Below the pieces are notes generated by a model. That model made no database searches and had not been told where the DNA came from. It saw only the letters and a program-made list of their open reading frames with translations. A stretch of DNA of 64,000 nucleotides from Auanema rhodensis. Taxonomy: Eukaryota > Animalia > Nematoda. Numbering within the stretch: position 1 is the first letter of the stretch; the number at the start of each line of letters is the position of its first letter. The translations under genes were made by a program, and so were the position numbers. The stretch spans positions 2,418,001 through 2,482,000 of the forward strand of contig OZ059898.1 in NCBI GenBank assembly GCA_964057225.1. The letters are read 5' to 3'. Shown here piece by piece: positions 9,992-25,800 of the stretch.

Positions 9992-12900
9992 GAAATAATT
10001 TTTTCGTTGAATAACATTGTCCATCGTCTTTGCCTTGAAAAAAGGAATCTAAAAACATCTACTTTTTGCTAAATTATTTTGAAATTTTTCGAAAAAATTT
10101 TTGTCAAAATGTTTTTGGAAGCAATGTTGAGTGTACATGGAAACTCAACATACACTAATGCATCATTTTTCAAACGATCATAACTAATTTTTGTATCAAG
10201 CGTTTTTCAATGTAGTATAGTGCATTCGATGCGGATTTTTAAGCTGCGTCGAGCTGTGTTATCAGATTTGCGCTAGCTTAAAAATGCACCGAGATATCAA
10301 CTGATATAAGTTCACACTTATATCCTCGATTTTCACCCTGAAGAAATAATTTTTTTGTTGAATAACATTGTCCATCGTCTTTGCCTTGAAAAATGGAATC
10401 TAAAAACATCTACTTTTTGCTAAATTATTTTGAAAATTTTCGAAAAAATTTTTGTCAAAATGTTTTTGGAAGCAATGTTGAGTGTACATGGAAACTCAAC
10501 ATACACTAATGCATCATTTTTCAAACGATCATAACTAATTTTTGTATTAAGCGTTTCTCAATGTAGTATAGTGTATTCGATGCGGATTTTTAAGCTGCGT
10601 CGATCTGTGTTATCAGATTTGCGCTAGCTTAAAAATGCACCGAGATATCAACTGATATAAGTTCACACTTATATCCTCGATTTTCACCCTGAAGAATTAA
10701 TTTTTTCGTTGAATAACATTGTCCATCGTCTTTGCCTTGAAAAATGGAATCTTAAAACATCTACTTTTTGCTAAATTATTTTGAAATTTTTCGAAAAAAT
10801 TTTTGTCAAAATGTTTTTGGAAGCAATGTTGAGTGTACATGGAAACTCAACATACACTAATGCATCATTTTTCAAACGATCATAACTAATTTTTGTATCA
10901 AGTGTTTCTCAATGTAATATAGTGCATTCGATGCGGATTTTTAAGCTGCGTCGATCTGTGTTATCAGATTTGCGCTAGCTTAAAAATGCACCGAGATATC
11001 AACTGATATAAGTTCACACTTATATCCTCGATTTTCACCCTGAAAAATTAATTTTTTCGTTGAATAACATTGTCCATCGTCTTTGCCTTGAAAAATGGAA
11101 TCTAAAAACATCTACTTTTTGCTAAATTATTTTGAAATTTTTCGAAAAAATTTTTGTCAAAATGTTTTTGGAAGCAATGTTGAGTGTACATGGAAACTCA
11201 ACATACACTAATGCATCATTTTTCAAACGATCATAACTAATTTTTGTATCAAGTGTTTCTCAATGTAATATAGTGCATTCGATGCGGATTTTTAAGCTGC
11301 GTCGATCTGTGTTATCAGATTTGCGCTAGCTTAAAAATGCACCGAGATATCAACTGATATAAGTTCACACTTATATCCTCGATTTTCACCCTGAAAAATT
11401 AATTTTTTCGTTGAATAACATTGTCCATCGTCTTTGCCTTGAGAAATGGAATCTAAAAACATCTACTTTTTGCTAAATTATTTTGAAATTTTTCGAAAAA
11501 ATTTTTGTCAAAATGTTTTTGGAAGCAATGTTGAGTGTACATGGAAACTCAACATACACTAATGCATCATTTTTCAAACGATCATAACTAATTTTTGTAT
11601 CAAGTGTTTCTTAATGTAGTATAGTGCATTCGATCCGGATTTTTAAGATGCGTCGATCTGTGTTATCAGATTTGCGCTAGCTTAAAAATGCACCGAGATA
11701 TCAACTGATATAAGTTCACACATATATACCCGATTTTCACCCTGAAGAATTAATTTTTTCGTTGAATAACATTGTCCATCGTCTTTGCCTTGAAAAAAGG
11801 AATCTAAAAACATCTACTTTTTGCTAAATTATTTTGAAATTTTTCGAAAAAATTTTTGTCAAAATGTTTTTGGAAGCAATGTTGAGTGTACATGGAAACT
11901 CAACATACACTAATGCATCATTTTTCAAACGATCATAACTAATTTTTGTATCAAGTGTTTCTCAATGTAATATAGTGCATTCGATGCGGATTTTTAAGCT
12001 GCGTCGATCTGTGTTATCAGATTTGCGCTAGCTTAAAAATGCACCGAGATATCAACTGATATAAGTTCACACTTATATCCTCGATTTTCACCCTGAAAAA
12101 TTAATTTTTTCGTTGAATAACATTGTCCATCGTCTTTGCCTTGAGAAATGGAATCTAAAAACATCTACTTTTTGCTAAATTATTTTGAAATTTTTCGAAA
12201 AAATTTTTGTCAAAATGTTTTTGGAAGCAATGTTGAGTGTACATGGAAACTCAACATACACTAATGCATCATTTTTCAAACGATCATAACTAATTTTTGT
12301 ATCAAGTGTTTCTTAATGTAGTATAGTGCATTCGATCCGGATTTTTAAGATGCGTCGATCTGTGTTATCAGATTTGCGCTAGCTTAAAAATGCACCGAGA
12401 TATCAACTGATATAAGTTCACACTTATATCCTCGATTTTCACCCTGAAGAAATAATTTTTTCGTTGAATAACATTGTCCATCGTCTTTGCCTTGAAAAAA
12501 GGAATCTAAAAACATCTACTTTTTGCTAAATTATTTTGAAATTTTTCGAAAAAATTTTTGTCAAAATGTTTTTGGAAGCAATGTTGAGTGTACATGGAAA
12601 CTCAACATACACTAATGCATCATTTTTCAAACGATCATAACTAATTTTTGTATCAAGCGTTTTTCAATGTAGTATAGTGCATTCGATGCGGATTTTTAAG
12701 CTGCGTCGAGCTGTGTTATCAGATTTGCGCTAGCTTAAAAATGCACCGAGATATCAACTGATATAAGTTCACACTTATATCCTCGATTTTCACCCTGAAG
12801 AAATAATTTTTTTGTTGAATAACATTGTCCATCGTCTTTGCCTTGAAAAATGGAATCTAAAAACATCTACTTTTTGCTAAATTATTTTGAAAATTTTCGA

Positions 12901-15900
12901 AAAAATTTTTGTCAAAATGTTTTTGGAAGCAATGTTGAGTGTACATGGAAACTCAACATACACTAATGCATCATTTTTCAAACGATCATAACTAATTTTT
13001 GTATTAAGCGTTTCTCAATGTAGCATAGTGCATTCGATGCGGATTTTCAAGCTGCGTCGATCTGTGTTATCAGATTTGCGCTAGCTTAAAAATGCACCGA
13101 GATATCAACTGATATAAGTTCACACATATATACCCGATTTTCACCCTGAAGAATTAATTTTTTCGTTGAATAACATTGTCCATCGTCTTTGCCTTGAAAA
13201 AAGGAATCTAAAAACATCTACTTTTTGCTAAATTATTTTGAAATTTTTCGAAAAAATTTTTGTCAAAATGTTTTTGGAAGCAATGTTGAGTGTACATGGA
13301 AACTCAACATACACTAATGCATCATTTTTCAAACGATCATAACTAATTTTTGTATTAAGCGTTTCTCAAGGTAGTATAGTGCATTCGATGCGGATTTCAA
13401 AGCTGCGTCGATCTGTGTTATCAGATTTGCGCTAGCTTAAAAATGCACCGAGATATCAACTGATATAAGTTCACACTTATATCCTCGATTTTCACCCTGA
13501 AGAAATAATTTTTTCGTTGAATAACATTGTCCATCGTCTTTGCCTTGAAAAAAGGAATCTAAAAACATCTACTTTTTGCTAAATTATTTTGAAATTTTTC
13601 GAAAAAATTTTTGTCAAAATGTTTTTGGAAGCAATGTTGAGTGTACATGGAAACTCAACATACACTAATGCATCATTTTTCAAACGATCACAACTAATTT
13701 TTGTATCAAGCGTTTCTTAATGTAGTATAGTGCATTCGATGCGGATTTTTAAGATGCGTCGATCTGTGTTATCAGATTAGCGCTAGCTTAAAAATGCACC
13801 GAGATATCAACTGATATAAGTTCACACTTATATCCTCGATTTTCACCCTGAAGAAATAATTTTTTCGTTGAATAACATTGTCCATCGTCTTTGCCTTGAA
13901 AAAAGGAATCTAAAAACATCTACTTTTTGCTAAATTATTTTGAAATTTTTCGAAAAAATTTTTGTCAAAATGTTTTTGGAAGCAATGTTGAGTGTACATG
14001 GAAACTCAACATACACTAATGCATCATTTTTCAAACGATCATAACTAATTTTTGTATTAAGCGTTTCTCAAGGTAGTATAGTGCATTCGATGCGGATTTC
14101 AAAGCTGCGTCGATCTGTGTTATCAGATTTGCGCTAGCTTAAAAATGCACCGAGATATCAACTGATATAAGTTCACACTTATAACCTCGATTTTCACCCT
14201 GAAGAAATAATTTTTTCGTTGAATAACATTGTCCATCGTCTTTGCCTTGAAAAAAGGAATCTAAAAACATCTACTTTTTGCTAAATTATTTTGAAATTTT
14301 TCGAAAAAATTTTTGTCAAAATGTTTTTGGAAGCAATGTTGAGTGTACATGGAAACTCAACATACACTAATGCATCATTTTTCAAACGATCATAACTAAT
14401 TTTTGTATTAAGCGTTTCTCAATGTAGCATAGTGCATTCGATGCGGATTTTCAAGCTGCGTCGATCTGTGTTATCAGATTTGCGCTAGCTTAAAAATGCA
14501 CCGAGATATCAACTGATATAAGTTCACACATATATACCCGATTTTCACCCTGAAGAATTAATTTTTTCGTTGAATAACATTGTCCATCGTCTTTGCCTTG
14601 AAAAAAGGAATCTAAAAACATCTACTTTTTGCTAAATTATTTTGAAATTTTTCGAAAAAATTTTTGTCAAAATGTTTTTGGAAGCAATGTTGAGTGTACA
14701 TGGAAACTCAACATACACTAATGCATCATTTTTCAAACGATCATAACTAATTTTTGTATTAAGCGTTTCTCAAGGTAGTATAGTGCATTCGATGCGGATT
14801 TCAAAGCTGCGTCGATCTGTGTTATCAGATTTGCGCTAGCTTAAAAATGCACCGAGATATCAACTGATATAAGTTCACACTTATATCCTCGATTTTCACC
14901 CTGAAGAAATAATTTTTTCGTTGAATAACATTGTCCATCGTCTTTGCCTTGAAAAAAGGAATCTAAAAACATCTACTTTTTGCTAAATTATTTTGAAATT
15001 TTTCGAAAAAATTTTTGTCAAAATGTTTTTGGAAGCAATGTTGAGTGTACATGGAAACTCAACATACACTAATGCATCATTTTTCAAACGATCACAACTA
15101 ATTTTTGTATCAAGCGTTTCTTAATGTAGTATAGTGCATTCGATGCGGATTTTTAAGATGCGTCGATCTGTGTTATCAGATTAGCGCTAGCTTAAAAATG
15201 CACCGAGATATCAACTGATATAAGTTCACACTTATATCCTCGATTTTCACCCTGAAGAAATAATTTTTTCGTTGAATAACATTGTCCATCGTCTTTGCCT
15301 TGAAAAAAGGAATCTAAAAACATCTACTTTTTGCTAAATTATTTTGAAATTTTTCGAAAAAATTTTTGTCAAAATGTTTTTGGAAGCAATGTTGAGTGTA
15401 CATGGAAACTCAACATACACTAATGCATCATTTTTCAAACGATCATAACTAATTTTTGTATCAAGCGTTTTTCAATGTAGTATAGTGCATTCGATGCGGA
15501 TTTTTAAGCTGCGTCGAGCTGTGTTATCAGATTTGCGCTAGCTTAAAAATGCACCGAGATATCAACTGATATAAGTTCACACTTATATCCTCGATTTTCA
15601 CCCTGAAAAATTAATTTTTTCGTTGAATAACATTGTCCATCGTCTTTGCCTTGAAAAATGGAATCTAAAAACATCTACTTTTTGCTAAATTATTTTGAAA
15701 TTTTTCGAAAAAATTTTTGTCAAAATGTTTTTGGAAGCAATGTTGAGTGTACATGGAAACTCAACATACACTAATGCATCATTTTTCAAACGATCATAAC
15801 TAATTTTTGTATCAAGCGTTTCTTAATGTAGTATAGTGCATTCGATCCGGATTTTTAAGATGCGTCGATCTGTGTTATCAGATTTGCGCTAGCTTAAAAA

Positions 15901-17198
15901 TGCACCGAGATATCAACTGATATAAGTTCACACTTATATCCTCGATTTTCACCCTGAAAAATTAATTTTTTCGTTGAATAACATTGTCCATCGTCTTTGC
16001 CTTGAAAAATGGAATCTAAAAACATCTACTTTTTGCTAAATTATTTTGAAATTTTTCGAAAAAATTTTTGTCAAAATGTTTTTGGAAGCAATGTTGAGTG
16101 TACATGGAAACTCAACATACACTAATGCATCATTTTTCAAACGATCATAACTAATTTTTGTATCAAGCGTTTCTTAATGTAGTATAGTGCATTCGATCCG
16201 GATTTTTAAGATGCGTCGATCTGTGTTATCAGATTTGCGCTAGCTTAAAAATGCACCGAGATATCAACTGATATAAGTTCACACTTATATCCTCGATTTT
16301 CACCCTGAAGAAATAATTTTTTCGTTGAATAACATTGTCCATCGTCTTTGCCTTGAAAAAAGGAATCTAAAAACATCTACTTTTTGCTAAATTATTTTGA
16401 AATTTTTCGAAAAAATTTTTGTCAAAATGTTTTTGGAAGCAATGTTGAGTGTACATGGAAACTCAACATACACTAATGCATCATTTTTCAAACGATCACA
16501 ACTAATTTTTGTATCAAGCGTTTCTTAATGTAGTAAAGTGCATTCGATCCGGATTTTTAAGATGCGTCGATCTGTGTTATCAGATTTGCGCTAGCTTAAA
16601 AATGCACCGAGATATCAACTGATATAAGTTCACACTTATATCCTCGATTTTCACCCTGAAGAAATAATTTCTTCGTTGAATAACATTGTCCATCGTCTTT
16701 GCCTTGAAAAAAGGAATCTAAAAACATCTACTTTTTGCTAAATTATTTTGAAATTTTTTGAAAAAATTTTTGTCAAAATGTTTTTGGAAGCAATGTTGAG
16801 TGTACATGGAAACTCAACATACACTAATGCATCATTTTTCAAACGATCATAACTAATTTTTGTATCAAGCGTTTCTTAATGTAGTAAAGTGCATTCGATC
16901 CGGATTTTTAAGCTGCGTCGATCTGTGTTATCAGATTTGCGCTAGCTTAAAAATGCACCGAGATATCAACTGATATAAGTTCACACTTATATCCTCGATT
17001 TTCACCCTGAAAAATTAATTTTTTCGTTGAATAACATTGTCCATCGTCTTTGCCTTGAAAAATGGAATCTAAAAACATCTACTTTTTGCTAAATTATTTT
17101 GAAATTTTTCGAAAAAATTTTTGTCAAAATGTTTTTGGAAGCAATGTTGAGTGTACATGGAAACTCAACATACACTAATGCATCATTTTTCAAACGAT

Positions 17199-20100
17199 CA
17201 TAACTAATTTTTGTATCAAGTGTTTCTTAATGTACTATAGTGCATTCGATCCGGATTTTTAAGATGCGTCGATCTGTGTTATCAGATTTGCGCTAGCTTA
17301 AAAATGCACCGAGATATCAACTGATATAAGTTCACACTTATATCCTCGATTTTCACCCTGAAGAAATAATTTTTTCGTTGAATAACATTGTCCATCGTCT
17401 TTGCCTTGAAAGAAGGAATCTAAAAACATCTACTTTTTGCTAAATTATTTTGAAATTTTTCGAAAAAATTTTTGTCAAAATGTTTTTGGAAGCAATGTTG
17501 AGTGTACATGGAAACTCAACATACACTAATGCATCATTTTTCAAACGATCATAACTAATTTTTGTATCAAGCGTTTTTCAATGTAGTATAGTGCATTCGA
17601 TGCGGATTTTTAAGCTGCGTCGAGCTGTGTTATCAGATTTGCGCTAGCTTAAAAATGCACCGAGATATCAACTGATATAAGTTCACACTTATATCCTCGA
17701 TTTTCACCCTGAAGAAATAATTTTTTTGTTGAATAACATTGTCCATCGTCTTTGCCTTGAAAAATGGAATCTAAAAACATCTACTTTTTGCTAAATTATT
17801 TTGAAAATTTTCGAAAAAATTTTTGTCAAAATGTTTTTGGAAGCAATGTTGAGTGTACATGGAAACTCAACATACACTAATGCATCATTTTTCAAACGAT
17901 CATAACTAATTTTTGTATTAAGCGTTTCTCAATGTAGCATAGTGCATTCGATGCGGATTTTCAAGCTGCGTCGATCTGTGTTATCAGATTTGCGCTAGCT
18001 TAAAAATGCACCGAGATATCAACTGATATAAGTTCACACATATATACCCGATTTTCACCCTGAAGAATTAATTTTTTCGTTGAATAACATTGTCCATCGT
18101 CTTTGCCTTGAAAAAAGGAATCTAAAAACATCTACTTTTTGCTAAATTATTTTGAAATTTTTCGAAAAAATTTTTGTCAAAATGTTTTTGGAAGCAATGT
18201 TGAGTGTACATGGAAACTCAACATACACTAATGCATCATTTTTCAAACGATCATAACTAATTTTTGTATTAAGCGTTTCTCAAGGTAGTATAGTGCATTC
18301 GATGCGGATTTCAAAGCTGCGTCGATCTGTGTTATCAGATTTGCGCTAGCTTAAAAATGCACCGAGATATCAACTGATATAAGTTCACACTTATATCCTC
18401 GATTTTCACCCTGAAGAAATAATTTTTTCGTTGAATAACATTGTCCATCGTCTTTGCCTTGAAAAAAGGAATCTAAAAACATCTACTTTTTGCTAAATTA
18501 TTTTGAAATTTTTCGAAAAAATTTTTGTCAAAATGTTTTTGGAAGCAATGTTGAGTGTACATGGAAACTCAACATACACTAATGCATCATTTTTCAAACG
18601 ATCACAACTAATTTTTGTATCAAGCGTTTCTTAATGTAGTAAAGTGCATTCGATGCGGATTTTTAAGATGCGTCGATCTGTGTTATCAGATTTGCGCTAG
18701 CTTAAAAATGCACCGAGATATCAACTGATATAAGTTCACACTTATATCCTCGATTTTCACCCTGAAGAATTAATTTTTTCGTTGAATAACATTGTCCATC
18801 GTCTTTGCCTTGAAAAATGGAATCTAAAAACATCTACTTTTTGCTAAATTATTTTGAAATTTTTCGAAAAAATTTTTGTCAAAATGTTTTTGGAAGCAAT
18901 GTTGAGTGTACATGGAAACTCAACATACACTAATGCATCATTTTTCAAACGATCATAACTAATTTTTGTATCAAGTGTTTCTCAATGTAATATAGTGCAT
19001 TCGATGCGGATTTTTAAGCTGCGTCGATCTGTGTTATCAGATTTGCGCTAGCTTAAAAATGCACCGAGATATCAACTGATATAAGTTCACACTTATATCC
19101 TCGATTTTCACCCTGAAAAATTAATTTTTTCGTTGAATAACATTGTCCATCGTCTTTGCCTTGAAAAATGGAATCTAAAAACATCTACTTTTTGCTAAAT
19201 TATTTTGAAATTTTTCGAAAAAATTTTTGTCAAAATGTTTTTGGAAGCAATGTTGAGTGTACATGGAAACTCAACATACACTAATGCATCATTTTTCAAA
19301 CGATCATAACTAATTTTTGTATCAAGTGTTTCTTAATGTAGTATAGTGCATTCGATCCGGATTTTTAAGATGCGTCGATCTGTGTTATCAGATTTGCGCT
19401 AGCTTAAAAATGCACCGAGATATCAACTGATATAAGTTCACACTTATATCCTCGATTTTCACCCTGAAGAAATAATTTTTTCGTTGAATAACATTGTCCA
19501 TCGTCTTTGCCTTGAAAAAAGGAATCTAAAAACATCTACTTTTTGCTAAATTATTTTGAAATTTTTCGAAAAAATTTTTGTCAAAATGTTTTTGGAAGCA
19601 ATGTTGAGTGTACATGGAAACTCAACATACACTAATGCATCATTTTTCAAACGATCATAACTAATTTTTGTATCAAGCGTTTTTCAATGTAGTATAGTGC
19701 ATTCGATGCGGATTTTTAAGCTGCGTCGAGCTGTGTTATCAGATTTGCGCTAGCTTAAAAATGCACCGAGATATCAACTGATATAAGTTCACACTTATAT
19801 CCTCGATTTTCACCCTGAAGAAATAATTTTTTTGTTGAATAACATTGTCCATCGTCTTTGCCTTGAAAAATGGAATCTAAAAACATCTACTTTTTGCTAA
19901 ATTATTTTGAAAATTTTCGAAAAAATTTTTGTCAAAATGTTTTTGGAAGCAATGTTGAGTGTACATGGAAACTCAACATACACTAATGCATCATTTTTCA
20001 AACGATCATAACTAATTTTTGTATTAAGCGTTTCTCAATGTAGCATAGTGCATTCGATGCGTATTTTCAAGCTGCGTCGATCTGTGTTATCAGATTTGCG

Positions 20101-21059
20101 CTAGCTTAAAAATGCACCGAGATATCAACTGATATAAGTTCACACATATATACCCGATTTTCACCCTGAAGAATTAATTTTTTCGTTGAATAACATTGTC
20201 CATCGTCTTTGCCTTGAAAAAAGGAATCTAAAAACATCTACTTTTTGCTAAATTATTTTGAAATTTTTCGAAAAAATTTTTGTCAAAATGTTTTTGGAAG
20301 CAATGTTGAGTGTACATGGAAACTCAACATACACTAATGCATCATTTTTCAAACGATCATAACTAATTTTTGTATTAAGCGTTTCTCAAGGTAGTATAGT
20401 GCATTCGATGCGGATTTCAAAGCTGCGTCGATCTGTGTTATCAGATTTGCGCTAGCTTAAAAATGCACCGAGATATCAACTGATATAAGTTCACACTTAT
20501 ATCCTCGATTTTCACCCTGAAGAAATAATTTTTTCGTTGAATAACATTGTCCATCGTCTTTGCCTTGAAAAAAGGAATCTAAAAACATCTACTTTTTGCT
20601 AAATTATTTTGAAATTTTTCGAAAAAATTTTTGTCAAAATGTTTTTGGAAGCAATGTTGAGTGTACATGGAAACTCAACATACACTAATGCATCATTTTT
20701 CAAACGATCACAACTAATTTTTGTATCAAGCGTTTCTTAATGTAGTAAAGTGCATTCGATGCGGATTTTTAAGATGCGTCGATCTGTGTTATCAGATTTG
20801 CGCTAGCTTAAAAATGCACCGAGATATCAACTGATATAAGTTCACACTTATATCCTCGATTTTCACCCTGAAGAATTAATTTTTTCGTTGAATAACATTG
20901 TCCATCGTCTTTGCCTTGAAAAATGGAATCTAAAAACATCTACTTTTTGCTAAATTATTTTGAAATTTTTCGAAAAAATTTTTGTCAAAATGTTTTTGGA
21001 AGCAATGTTGAGTGTACATGGAAACTCAACATACACTAATGCATCATTTTTCAAACGAT
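17199..21059. repeat. Local higher-order duplication, 6-monomer offset (2106 bp)
   Basis: Monomers starting 17199/17550/17901/18252/18603 match those at 19305/19656/20007/20358/20709 in haplotype order, apart from a few private SNVs. Confidence 0.85.
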
Positions 21060-22814
21060 CATAACTAATTTTTGTATCAAGCGTTTCTTAATGTAGTATA
21101 GTGCATTCGATCCGGATTTTTAAGATGCGTCGATCTGTGTTATCAGATTTGCGCTAGCTTAAAAATGCACCGAGATATCAACTGATATAAGTTCACACTT
21201 ATATCCTCGATTTTCACCCTGAAGAAATAATTTTTTCGTTGAATAACATTGTCCATCGTCTTTGCCTTGAAAAAAGGAATCTAAAAACATCTACTTTTTG
21301 CTAAATTATTTTGAAATTTTTCGAAAAAATTTTTGTCAAAATGTTTTTGGAAGCAATGTTGAGTGTACATGGAAACTCAACATACACTAATGCATCATTT
21401 TTCAAACGATCACAACTAATTTTTGTATCAAGCGTTTCTTAATGTAGTAAAGTGCATTCGATCCGGATTTTTAAGATGCGTCGATCTGTGTTATCAGATT
21501 TGCGCTAGCTTAAAAATGCACCGAGATATCAACTGATATAAGTTCACACTTATATCCTCGATTTTCACCCTGAAGAAATAATTTCTTCGTTGAATAACAT
21601 TGTCCATCGTCTTTGCCTTGAAAAAAGGAATCTAAAAACATCTACTTTTTGCTAAATTATTTTGAAATTTTTCGAAAAAATTTTTGTCAAAATGTTTTTG
21701 GAAGCAATGTTGAGTGTACATGGAAACTCAACATACACTAATGCATCATTTTTCAAACGATCATAACTAATTTTTGTATTAAGCGTTTCTCAATGTAGTA
21801 TAGTGCATTCGATGCGGATTTTTAAGCTGCGTCGATCTGTGTTATCAGATTTGCGCTAGCTTAAAAATGCACCGAGATATCAACTGATATAAGTTCACAC
21901 TTATATCCTCGATTTTCACCCTGAAGAATTAATTTTTTCGTTGAATAACATTGTCCATCGTCTTTGCCTTGAAAAATGGAATCTTAAAACATCTACTTTT
22001 TGCTAAATTATTTTGAAATTTTTCGAAAAAATTTTTGTCAAAATGTTTTTGGAAGCAATGTTGAGTGTACATGGAAACTCAACATACACTAATGCATCAT
22101 TTTTCAAACGATCATAACTAATTTTTGTATTAAGCGTTTCTCAATGTAGTATAGTGTATTCGATGCGGATTTTTAAGCTGCGTCGATCTGTGTTATCAGA
22201 TTTGCGCTAGCTTAAAAATGCACCGAGATATCAACTGATATAAGTTCACACTTATATCCTCGATTTTCACCCTGAAGAATTAATTTTTTCGTTGAATAAC
22301 ATTGTCCATCGTCTTTGCCTTGAAAAATGGAATCTTAAAACATCTACTTTTTGCTAAATTATTTTGAAATTTTTCGAAAAAATTTTTGTCAAAATGTTTT
22401 TGGAAGCAATGTTGAGTGTACATGGAAACTCAACATACACTAATGCATCATTTTTCAAACGATCATAACTAATTTTTGTATCAAGTGTTTCTCAATGTAA
22501 TATAGTGCATTCGATGCGGATTTTTAAGCTGCGTCGATCTGTGTTATCAGATTTGCGCTAGCTTAAAAATGCACCGAGATATCAACTGATATAAGTTCAC
22601 ACTTATATCCTCGATTTTCACCCTGAAAAATTAATTTTTTCGTTGAATAACATTGTCCATCGTCTTTGCCTTGAAAAATGGAATCTAAAAACATCTACTT
22701 TTTGCTAAATTATTTTGAAATTTTTCGAAAAAATTTTTGTCAAAATGTTTTTGGAAGCAATGTTGAGTGTACATGGAAACTCAACATACACTAATGCATC
22801 ATTTTTCAAACGAT

Positions 22815-25800
22815 CATAACTAATTTTTGTATCAAGTGTTTCTTAATGTAGTATAGTGCATTCGATCCGGATTTTTAAGATGCGTCGATCTGTGTTATCA
22901 GATTTGCGCTAGCTTAAAAATGCACCGAGATATCAACTGATATAAGTTCACACTTATATCCTCGATTTTCACCCTGAAGAAATAATTTTTTCGTTGAATA
23001 ACATTGTCCATCGTCTTTGCCTTGAAAAAAGGAATCTAAAAACATCTACTTTTTGCTAAATTATTTTGAAATTTTTCGAAAAAATTTTTGTCAAAATGTT
23101 TTTGGAAGCAATGTTGAGTGTACATGGAAACTCAACATACACTAATGCATCATTTTTCAAACGATCATAACTAATTTTTGTATCAAGCGTTTTTCAATGT
23201 AGTATAGTGCATTCGATGCGGATTTTTAAGCTGCGTCGAGCTGTGTTATCAGATTTGCGCTAGCTTAAAAATGCACCGAGATATCAACTGATATAAGTTC
23301 ACACATATATACCCGATTTTCACCCTGAAGAATTAATTTTTTCGTTGAATAACATTGTCCATCGTCTTTGCCTTGAAAAAAGGAATCTAAAAACATCTAC
23401 TTTTTGCTAAATTATTTTGAAATTTTTCGAAAAAATTTTTGTCAAAATGTTTTTGGAAGCAATGTTGAGTGTACATGGAAACTCAACATACACTAATGCA
23501 TCATTTTTCAAACGATCATAACTAATTTTTGTATTAAGCGTTTCTCAAGGTAGTATAGTGCATTCGATGCGGATTTCAAAGCTGCGTCGATCTGTGTTAT
23601 CAGATTTGCGCTAGCTTAAAAATGCACCGAGATATCAACTGATATAAGTTCACACTTATATCCTCGATTTTCACCCTGAAGAAATAATTTTTTCGTTGAA
23701 TAACATTGTCCATCGTCTTTGCCTTGAAAAAAGGAATCTAAAAACATCTACTTTTTGCTAAATTATTTTGAAATTTTTCGAAAAAATTTTTGTCAAAATG
23801 TTTTTGGAAGCAATGTTGAGTGTACATGGAAACTCAACATACACTAATGCATCATTTTTCAAACGATCATAACTAATTTTTGTATTAAGCGTTTCTCAAT
23901 GTAGTATAGTGCATTCGATGCGGATTTTTAAGCTGCGTCGATCTGTGTTATCAGATTTGCGCTAGCTTAAAAATGCACCGAGATATCAACTGATATAAGT
24001 TCACACTTATATCCTCGATTTTCACCCTGAAGAATTAATTTTTTCGTTGAATAACATTGTCCATCGTCTTTGCCTTGAAAAATGGAATCTTAAAACATCT
24101 ACTTTTTGCTAAATTATTTTGAAATTTTTCGAAAAAATTTTTGTCAAAATGTTTTTGGAAGCAATGTTGAGTGTACATGGAAACTCAACATACACTAATG
24201 CATCATTTTTCAAACGATCATAACTAATTTTTGTATCAAGCGTTTCTTAATGTAGTAAAGTGCATTCGATCCGGATTTTTAAGCTGCGTCGATCTGTGTT
24301 ATCAGATTTGCGCTAGCTTAAAAATGCACCGAGATATCAACTGATATAAGTTCACACTTATATCCTCGATTTTCACCCTGAAAAATTAATTTTTTCGTTG
24401 AATAACATTGTCCATCGTCTTTGCCTTGAAAAATGGAATCTAAAAACATCTACTTTTTGCTAAATTATTTTGAAATTTTTCGAAAAAATTTTTGTCAAAA
24501 TGTTTTTGGAAGCAATGTTGAGTGTACATGGAAACTCAACATACACTAATGCATCATTTTTCAAACGATCATAACTAATTTTTGTATCAAGTGTTTCTTA
24601 ATGTAGTATAGTGCATTCGATCCGGATTTTTAAGATGCGTCGATCTGTGTTATCAGATTTGCGCTAGCTTAAAAATGCACCGAGATATCAACTGATATAA
24701 GTTCACACTTATATCCTCGATTTTCACCCTGAAGAAATAATTTTTTCGTTGAATAACATTGTCCATCGTCTTTGCCTTGAAAAAAGGAATCTAAAAACAT
24801 CTACTTTTTGCTAAATTATTTTGAAATTTTTCGAAAAAATTTTTGTCAAAATGTTTTTGGAAGCAATGTTGAGTGTACATGGAAACTCAACATACACTAA
24901 TGCATCATTTTTCAAACGATCATAACTAATTTTTGTATCAAGCGTTTTTCAATGTAGTATAGTGCATTCGATGCGGATTTTTAAGCTGCGTCGAGCTGTG
25001 TTATCAGATTTGCGCTAGCTTAAAAATGCACCGAGATATCAACTGATATAAGTTCACACATATATACCCGATTTTCACCCTGAAGAATTAATTTTTTCGT
25101 TGAATAACATTGTCCATCGTCTTTGCCTTGAAAAAAGGAATCTAAAAACATCTACTTTTTGCTAAATTATTTTGAAATTTTTCGAAAAAATTTTTGTCAA
25201 AATGTTTTTGGAAGCAATGTTGAGTGTACATGGAAACTCAACATACACTAATGCATCATTTTTCAAACGATCATAACTAATTTTTGTATTAAGCGTTTCT
25301 CAAGGTAGTATAGTGCATTCGATGCGGATTTCAAAGCTGCGTCGATCTGTGTTATCAGATTTGCGCTAGCTTAAAAATGCACCGAGATATCAACTGATAT
25401 AAGTTCACACTTATATCCTCGATTTTCACCCTGAAGAAATAATTTTTTCGTTGAATAACATTGTCCATCGTCTTTGCCTTGAAAAAAGGAATCTAAAAAC
25501 ATCTACTTTTTGCTAAATTATTTTGAAATTTTTCGAAAAAATTTTTGTCAAAATGTTTTTGGAAGCAATGTTGAGTGTACATGGAAACTCAACATACACT
25601 AATGCATCATTTTTCAAACGATCATAACTAATTTTTGTATTAAGCGTTTCTCAATGTAGTATAGTGCATTCGATGCGGATTTTTAAGCTGCGTCGATCTG
25701 TGTTATCAGATTTGCGCTAGCTTAAAAATGCACCGAGATATCAACTGATATAAGTTCACACTTATATCCTCGATTTTCACCCTGAAGAATTAATTTTTTC

